This document shows positions 58,965 through 64,000 of a DNA stretch of 64,000 nucleotides, one piece after another. The DNA is from Rhabdothermincola salaria (GTDB lineage: Bacteria > Actinomycetota > Acidimicrobiia > Acidimicrobiales > Acidimicrobilacustridaceae). Every line of letters begins with the position of its first letter. Within the stretch, counting starts at the first letter, position 1. Made by a program: the position numbers and the translations under genes. The stretch is from the NCBI RefSeq assembly GCF_021246445.1, contig NZ_JAJQXW010000001.1, forward strand, positions 1,506,168-1,570,167, written 5' to 3'. Below the pieces are notes generated by a model that did no database searches, was not told the DNA's origin, and worked only from the letters and a program-made list of their open reading frames with translations.

Positions 58965-60635
58965 TCAGGCGTCGGAGGCGGCCCCGGCCCGTTCGAGGGT
59001 GAACCCCACGTAGCCGTCGCTCGCGACCGCCTCGCACCGCTGGCGGTACCCCGCCACTCCCCCGAGGTAGGGCATGAAGACCCGAGGCTTGCCCGGGACG
59101 TTGGCCCCGAGGTACCAGGAGTTCCCCTCGGGGTAGAGCGTGTAGCCGGCCAGCTCGTTGACGTGCTCGACCCATGCGTCCTCCGCGTCGGGGTCGGCCT
59201 CGATGGTGGCCATGCCCGCCGTCTGCAGATGGGCGATGCAGTCCGAGATCCACTCCACGTGCTGTTCGATGCTGACCATCATGTTGGTGAGCACCGAGGG
59301 CGAACCGGGACCGGTGACCATGAACAGGTTCGGGAACCCGGCCGTGGCCAGACCGAGGTAGGTGCGCGGACCCGACGCCCACTTCTCGCGCAGCGACACG
59401 CCGTCTCGACCTCGGATCTCGGGTGCGAGCAGGGCGCCGGTCATGGCGTCGAAGCCGGTGGCGAAGACCAACACGTCGAGCTCGTGGACCCGGTCGGTGG
59501 TGCGCACCCCCTGGGGCACGATCGCCTCGATGGGGGTCTCGCGTAGGTCGACCAGCTCGACGTTCGGCCGGTTGTAGGTGGCGTAGTAGTCGGTGTCGAG
59601 GCAGAGCCGCTTGGCCCCGATGGGATAGGTGGTGGGCATCAACCGCCGAGCGACCTCGGGGTCCTCGACGATCTCGGCGATGCGCTGGTGGGCGTACTCG
59701 GCCACCACCGCGTTGGCCTCGCGGTCGACCATGACGTCGGAGAAGGCACCGAGGAGCCCGAACAGCTTCCCCGACTCCCACCCGGCGCGGAGGCGCTCGG
59801 CGCGGGTCTCGGGGGCGGCCTCCGCGAGCGACCCGGCGGGCGGTGGCACCACCACCCCGCCGTGGGTCTCGGTGCGCAGCGTCTCGCGGTGGGCTCGGTA
59901 GTTCGCCTTGCGCTCGGCCACGAACTCCGGGTCGAGCGGTGCGTTCTGGGCGGGCACGGCGTAGCTCGGCGTGCGCTGGAAGACGGTGAGGTGCTCGGCC
60001 ACCTCGGCCAGCAACGGGATCGACTGGATGCCCGAGGACCCGGTGCCGATGACCCCGACCCTCTGGCCGCTGACGTCGACCCCCTCGTGGGGCCACCGGC
60101 CGGTGTGGTGGGTCGGGCCGGCGAAGGTCCCGATGCCTTCGATCTCCGGTTCCTTGGCCGCCGACAGGCAGCCCACGGCCATGACGAGGAACCGGGCGCG
60201 GAACCGGTCGTCGGCGTCGGTGCGCACCAGCCACCGACCCTCGAGCTCGTCCCAGGACGCCCCCGTCACGCGGGTCTCGAAGCGGATGTCGCGGCGGAGG
60301 TCGTGGCGGTCGGCCACGTGGCCGGCGTAGGCCAGGATCTCGGGCTGCGTCGCGTAGCGCTCGCTCCAGTCCCACTCCTGTTCGAGGTCGGGATCGAACG
60401 AGTAGCTGTAGTCCATGGACTCGATGTCGCAGCGGGCACCGGGGTAGCGGTTCCACCACCACGTGCCGCCGACGTCGCCGGCCGCCTCGATCACCTGCGC
60501 CGAGAGGCCCAGGCGACGCAGCCGCCACAGCATGTACATCCCGGCGAAGCCGGCCCCCACCACCACCGCGTCCACCTCGGTGACCGGACCGGGCTCGTGG
60601 ACGTCGGGCCGGCTGCCCTCCGCCTCTGCTGCCAT
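58965..60635 (-). CDS. Type I Baeyer-Villiger monooxygenase (CHMO/PAMO/steroid monooxygenase-like)
   Basis: GAGFAG, GGTWWWNRYPGARCD, fingerprint FAGPTHHTGRWP, GTGSSG, ATGF and SWYLGANVPGK. Confidence 0.94.
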   Translation of the reverse strand: MAAEAEGSRPDVHEPGPVTEVDAVVVGAGFAGMYMLWRLRRLGLSAQVIEAAGDVGGTWWWNRYPGARCDIESMDYSYSFDPDLEQEWDWSERYATQPEILAYAGHVADRHDLRRDIRFETRVTGASWDELEGRWLVRTDADDRFRARFLVMAVGCLSAAKEPEIEGIGTFAGPTHHTGRWPHEGVDVSGQRVGVIGTGSSGIQSIPLLAEVAEHLTVFQRTPSYAVPAQNAPLDPEFVAERKANYRAHRETLRTETHGGVVVPPPAGSLAEAAPETRAERLRAGWESGKLFGLLGAFSDVMVDREANAVVAEYAHQRIAEIVEDPEVARRLMPTTYPIGAKRLCLDTDYYATYNRPNVELVDLRETPIEAIVPQGVRTTDRVHELDVLVFATGFDAMTGALLAPEIRGRDGVSLREKWASGPRTYLGLATAGFPNLFMVTGPGSPSVLTNMMVSIEQHVEWISDCIAHLQTAGMATIEADPDAEDAWVEHVNELAGYTLYPEGNSWYLGANVPGKPRVFMPYLGGVAGYRQRCEAVASDGYVGFTLERAGAASDA

Positions 60636-60760
60636 GAGCGTCCCCCTTTCGTGCTCCCCCCATCATGTCCCAGGACGGCGGGTGGGGCCCCGACCGCCGA
60701 TGCGGTCGGGCCGACGCGCCACCCCGTCGCCGACCGGTCCGCATCCGGCCAGACTGGGAC

Positions 60761-62539
60761 ATGGCCATCGACACCGGCTTCTTGTTCCCCCACCCCCGTC
60801 ACGTCGAGCTGGGCGCGGCGACGTGCCCGCCGGGCGCGGCGGTGCGCACCGCGCTCGACCCCTCGCTGCCGGCCGAGGGGTACCGCCTCACGGTGGCCGA
60901 CGACGAGATCCGCATCGACCACGCCGACGACGCTGGACGGGCCCACGCCGACGCCACCCTCGGCCAGCTGCGTCGACAGTTCCCGGACCGGCTCCCGACG
61001 GGCACCGTGGAGGACCATCCCGACCTGTCCGTGCGCGGCTACCACCTCGACGTGAGCCGCGACCGCGTCCCCACCCGCGCCACGCTCGCCCGCCTGGTGG
61101 AGGTGATGTCACGGGCGCGGATGAACCACCTGCAGCTCTACGTGGAGCACACGTTCGCCTACGCCGACCACGAAGAGGTGTGGCACGACGCCTCCCCGCT
61201 GACGGCCGACGACCTGCGTTGGCTCGACGCGCGCTGCGCCGAGCGCGGCATCGAGCTGGCCGCCAACCAGAACTGCTTCGGCCACATGGAACGGTGGCTG
61301 GCCCACGACGCGTACCGGTCGCGGGCCGAGCTCCCCGAGGGCCTGGAGCTGACCCCGGGCCTGACCCTGCCACCGTCGACCCTCGCCCCCACCGAGGACA
61401 ACGCCCGCTTCGTGCTCGACCTGGTGGCCGAGCAGCAGGCCGCCCTGTCGGGACGCACGGTGAACATCGGGTGCGACGAGACCTTCGAGCTGGGTCGTGG
61501 GGTGAGCGCCGACGCGGTGCGTGAACGGGGAGCGGCCGACGTGTGGGCCGAGCACGTGGCCCGCGTGGCGAACCCCCTCGCCGACGACGGTCGGCGGGTG
61601 CTGTTCTGGGACGACGTCGTGCGGCGCCGTCCCGAGGCGCTGCACCACCTCCCCGACGAGGCCGTGGCCCTGGTCTGGTGGTACGAGGCGCCCCAGCGGG
61701 ACCTGCCGGTCGCCGCGCTGGCGCCCGAGATCCGCGATCTGATGGCCCGCATCGGCCTCGACCTCGACGAGTGGTCCGGCTACGCCCCGGGGTTCTCGGC
61801 GGTCACCGAACCGCTCGCCGGGACCGGACGACCCTTCTGGGTGTGTCCCGGCACGTCGTCGTGGAACTCCTTCGTGGGCCGCATCGACAACGCCCGGGCC
61901 AACCTCCTCGACGCCGCCCGGGTGGGCGTGGAGCGCGGTGCCGGCGGCTACCTCGTCACCGACTGGGGGGACAACGGCCACCACCAGCCGCCCTCGGTGA
62001 GCTTCCCCGCCATCCTCTACGCCGGGGCGGTGAGCTGGTGCGCAGCCACCAACGCCGACGCCGACGTGACCGCGGTGCTCGACCGCGACGTGTTCGCCGA
62101 CCGCGCCGAGGTGCTCGGCGGCCTCCTCGACGCGATCGGGCGCGTGTGGCACCGCACCGGCGAACAGACCTTCAACGCCAGCCCCCTGGCCGCCGAGGTG
62201 GTCTCGGGGATGTTCCTGCCGGGGGCCGGCGCCGTCCACCCGGCGCGGGCCAACGCGGTGGCCGGGGCGCTCGACGACGCGCTCACCGCTCTCGGTCGCG
62301 CTCGTCCCGCCTGCGCTGATGCCGACGACGTGGTGGTGGAGCTCGACGCTGCCATCCGTCTCGCCCGCCACGGCGCCCGCCGTCTGGCCGCCCGCGGCGG
62401 CGGGGCGGCCGGCGCGGCGGAGCGCCTCCGCCTCGACTTCGACGAGGTGCGCGATGCCCAGGGAGCGGCGTGGGACCGGCGGGCCCGTCCGGGCGGGCGC
62501 GCCGACAGCTTGGCGAAGCTGCGTCCGCCCCCGGACTGA
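60761..62539 (+). CDS. GH20-like beta-N-acetylhexosaminidase
   Basis: EGYRL, RGYHLDVSRDRVP, FGHM, catalytic-type NIGCDE and TDWGD motifs. Confidence 0.85.
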   Translation: MAIDTGFLFPHPRHVELGAATCPPGAAVRTALDPSLPAEGYRLTVADDEIRIDHADDAGRAHADATLGQLRRQFPDRLPTGTVEDHPDLSVRGYHLDVSRDRVPTRATLARLVEVMSRARMNHLQLYVEHTFAYADHEEVWHDASPLTADDLRWLDARCAERGIELAANQNCFGHMERWLAHDAYRSRAELPEGLELTPGLTLPPSTLAPTEDNARFVLDLVAEQQAALSGRTVNIGCDETFELGRGVSADAVRERGAADVWAEHVARVANPLADDGRRVLFWDDVVRRRPEALHHLPDEAVALVWWYEAPQRDLPVAALAPEIRDLMARIGLDLDEWSGYAPGFSAVTEPLAGTGRPFWVCPGTSSWNSFVGRIDNARANLLDAARVGVERGAGGYLVTDWGDNGHHQPPSVSFPAILYAGAVSWCAATNADADVTAVLDRDVFADRAEVLGGLLDAIGRVWHRTGEQTFNASPLAAEVVSGMFLPGAGAVHPARANAVAGALDDALTALGRARPACADADDVVVELDAAIRLARHGARRLAARGGGAAGAAERLRLDFDEVRDAQGAAWDRRARPGGRADSLAKLRPPPD

Positions 62540-62547
62540 TCGTTCGG

Positions 62548-63102
62548 CTAGGCGGGGTCGGTGGGGCCCACCACCGGCACGGAGAGGCCGGCGCCGTCCT
62601 CGGTCAGCAGCGTGGCCAGGATCACGATCGGGGCGTCGGTGTCGTTGGCCCCGAAGTGCACCATGTCGCCCACCTCCACCACTGACTCCTCGGCCTCGAT
62701 GGAGGTGGTGGAGGGGCCGGTGACGTCCTCCTCGGTGCCGGTGGCCCGCCGGACGACAGCAGTGCCCGACTCGACCGTGTAGCTGAGAGTGCCCGACTCG
62801 ATGAACGCCATCTGGATGCCGGGGTGCACGTGGGGAGCCAGCTGGGCCCCGGGGGCGATCGTGTAGCGGACGAGCGACAGGGTCATCCCCGGCACACCCG
62901 GCGGGTCGACGTGCTCGGAGAGGATCTCGCGGACCACCGGCTCGTCGGACGAGCCCGGGTCGGTCGGGTCGGTCGAGTCCGCGTCGCTCTCGGTGGTGGA
63001 GGGGGCCGCGGCCGAACGCTCCTCGGCGGTGTCGTCGGCACCGCACGCGGCCAGGACCACGAGGAGCAGGGCGGCGAGCAGGACGGTCAGGCGATGGCGC
63101 AT
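62548..63102 (-). CDS. Cupin-domain lipoprotein
   Basis: Lipobox LAAC; cupin HVHPG...ESG...HFGAN. Confidence 0.8.
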   Translation of the reverse strand: MRHRLTVLLAALLLVVLAACGADDTAEERSAAAPSTTESDADSTDPTDPGSSDEPVVREILSEHVDPPGVPGMTLSLVRYTIAPGAQLAPHVHPGIQMAFIESGTLSYTVESGTAVVRRATGTEEDVTGPSTTSIEAEESVVEVGDMVHFGANDTDAPIVILATLLTEDGAGLSVPVVGPTDPA

Positions 63103-63254
63103 GGCGGCAGTCTGACGGACCGGGCCGGTCACCGCGTCCACTGCCGCGCCCACGAGCCCAACACCCGAACCAGAGTTCCTGTGACAGCGCTACACGTCGC
63201 CGCGTCAGATGTTCTAGGGTGACAGAGGACACGTCACTCCCGAGGGGGACCCCC

Positions 63255-64000
63255 ATGTACGACCTCAAGATCACCGGCGGCACCATCGTCGACGGCACCG
63301 GCGCCGACCGCTTCGTGGGCGACATCGGCGTCAAGGACGGACGCATCGTCGCCGTCACGCGCGGCGGAGGTCTCGAGGGCGACGCCGCCGAGACCATCGA
63401 CGCCACCGGCAAGGTCGTGGCCCCCGGGTTCGTCGACATCCACACCCACTACGACGGCCAGGTCACCTGGGACGCCGTGCTCGAGCCCTCCAGCGCCCAC
63501 GGCGTCACCACGCTCGTCAGCGGCAACTGCGGCGTGGGGTTCGCCCCCGTCCATCCCGGCGGCGAGACCGAGCTCATCGAGCTCATGGAGGGTGTCGAGG
63601 ACATCCCCGGCACCGCCCTGCACGAGGGCATGACCTGGGGCTGGGAGAGCTTCCCCGGCTACCTCGACAAGCTCGAGAGCCGAGAGCTCGCCGTCGACTT
63701 CGGGGTGCAGATCGCCCACGGCACGGTGCGCACCTACGTCATGGGCGACCGTGGCGCCCGCAACGAGCCGGCGTCGCCCGAGGACATCGACCTCATGGGC
63801 AAGTACGTCACCGAGGCCGTCGAGGCCGGGGCGCTCGGCTTCTCCACCTCCCGCACGCTCGGCCACCGCGCCATGAACGGCGAACCCGTGCCCGGCACCT
63901 TCGCCGCCGAGGACGAGCTGTTCGGCCTCGGTCGAGCGATGGCGAAGGGAGGCCGCTCCGTGTTCGAGCTGGCCCCCATGGGTGCCGCCGGTGAGGACAT
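63255..64000 (+). CDS. N-acyl-D-amino-acid deacylase family amidohydrolase, partial at the right edge
   Basis: Not in the ORF track. Manual translation gives MYDLKITGGTIVDGTG...PGFVDIHTHYDGQVTWD...HGVTT..GNCGVGFAP; GAGGGG SD. Confidence 0.9.
   Translation, partial: MYDLKITGGTIVDGTGADRFVGDIGVKDGRIVAVTRGGGLEGDAAETIDATGKVVAPGFVDIHTHYDGQVTWDAVLEPSSAHGVTTLVSGNCGVGFAPVHPGGETELIELMEGVEDIPGTALHEGMTWGWESFPGYLDKLESRELAVDFGVQIAHGTVRTYVMGDRGARNEPASPEDIDLMGKYVTEAVEAGALGFSTSRTLGHRAMNGEPVPGTFAAEDELFGLGRAMAKGGRSVFELAPMGAAGED

Overview
High-GC, gene-dense chromosomal window that looks actinobacterial. Class Acidimicrobiia is my inference from gene content and the many leaderless genes. I found no integrase, transposase, prophage or CRISPR array. 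From left to right the window holds: (1) a biuret/allophanate nitrogen-scavenging operon (gntR, BMP-family ABC transporter, alpha/beta-hydrolase, a BiuH paralogue missing its catalytic triad, biuH, atzF) under a GlnR-like box; (2) gpsA, a glycosidase-like gene and an adenylate cyclase, divergent from cofC and a PIG-L gene; (3) a membrane-fused BAAT thioesterase, DUF429, PIN-PhoH, an exonuclease and an FGGY N-domain-only protein; (4) a Ugp-like ABC transporter with two binding proteins and a PHO-box-like site; (5) an igr-like sterol side-chain degradation cluster with an extra divergent MaoC pair; (6) an ECF sigma/anti-sigma pair flanked by two paralogous secreted proteins; (7) SPFH and Tim44-like genes, amidohydrolases, an amidase, threonine aldolase, a CoA transferase, aqpZ, tesB, a second cyclase, tRNA-Glu(CTC), a Ca/Na antiporter, TetR with a P450, a Baeyer-Villiger monooxygenase, a GH20-like gene, a cupin and a D-aminoacylase. 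The best candidate for a new system is the module at 39.0-42.2 kb. Each secreted-protein gene is preceded by a covarying copy of a variant c-di-GMP-I (GEMM)-like riboswitch, and a repeated ECF promoter motif recurs in the module. The second candidate is the apparently catalytically dead biuret-hydrolase paralogue coupled to biuH. All calls were made by eye from motifs; no searches were run.
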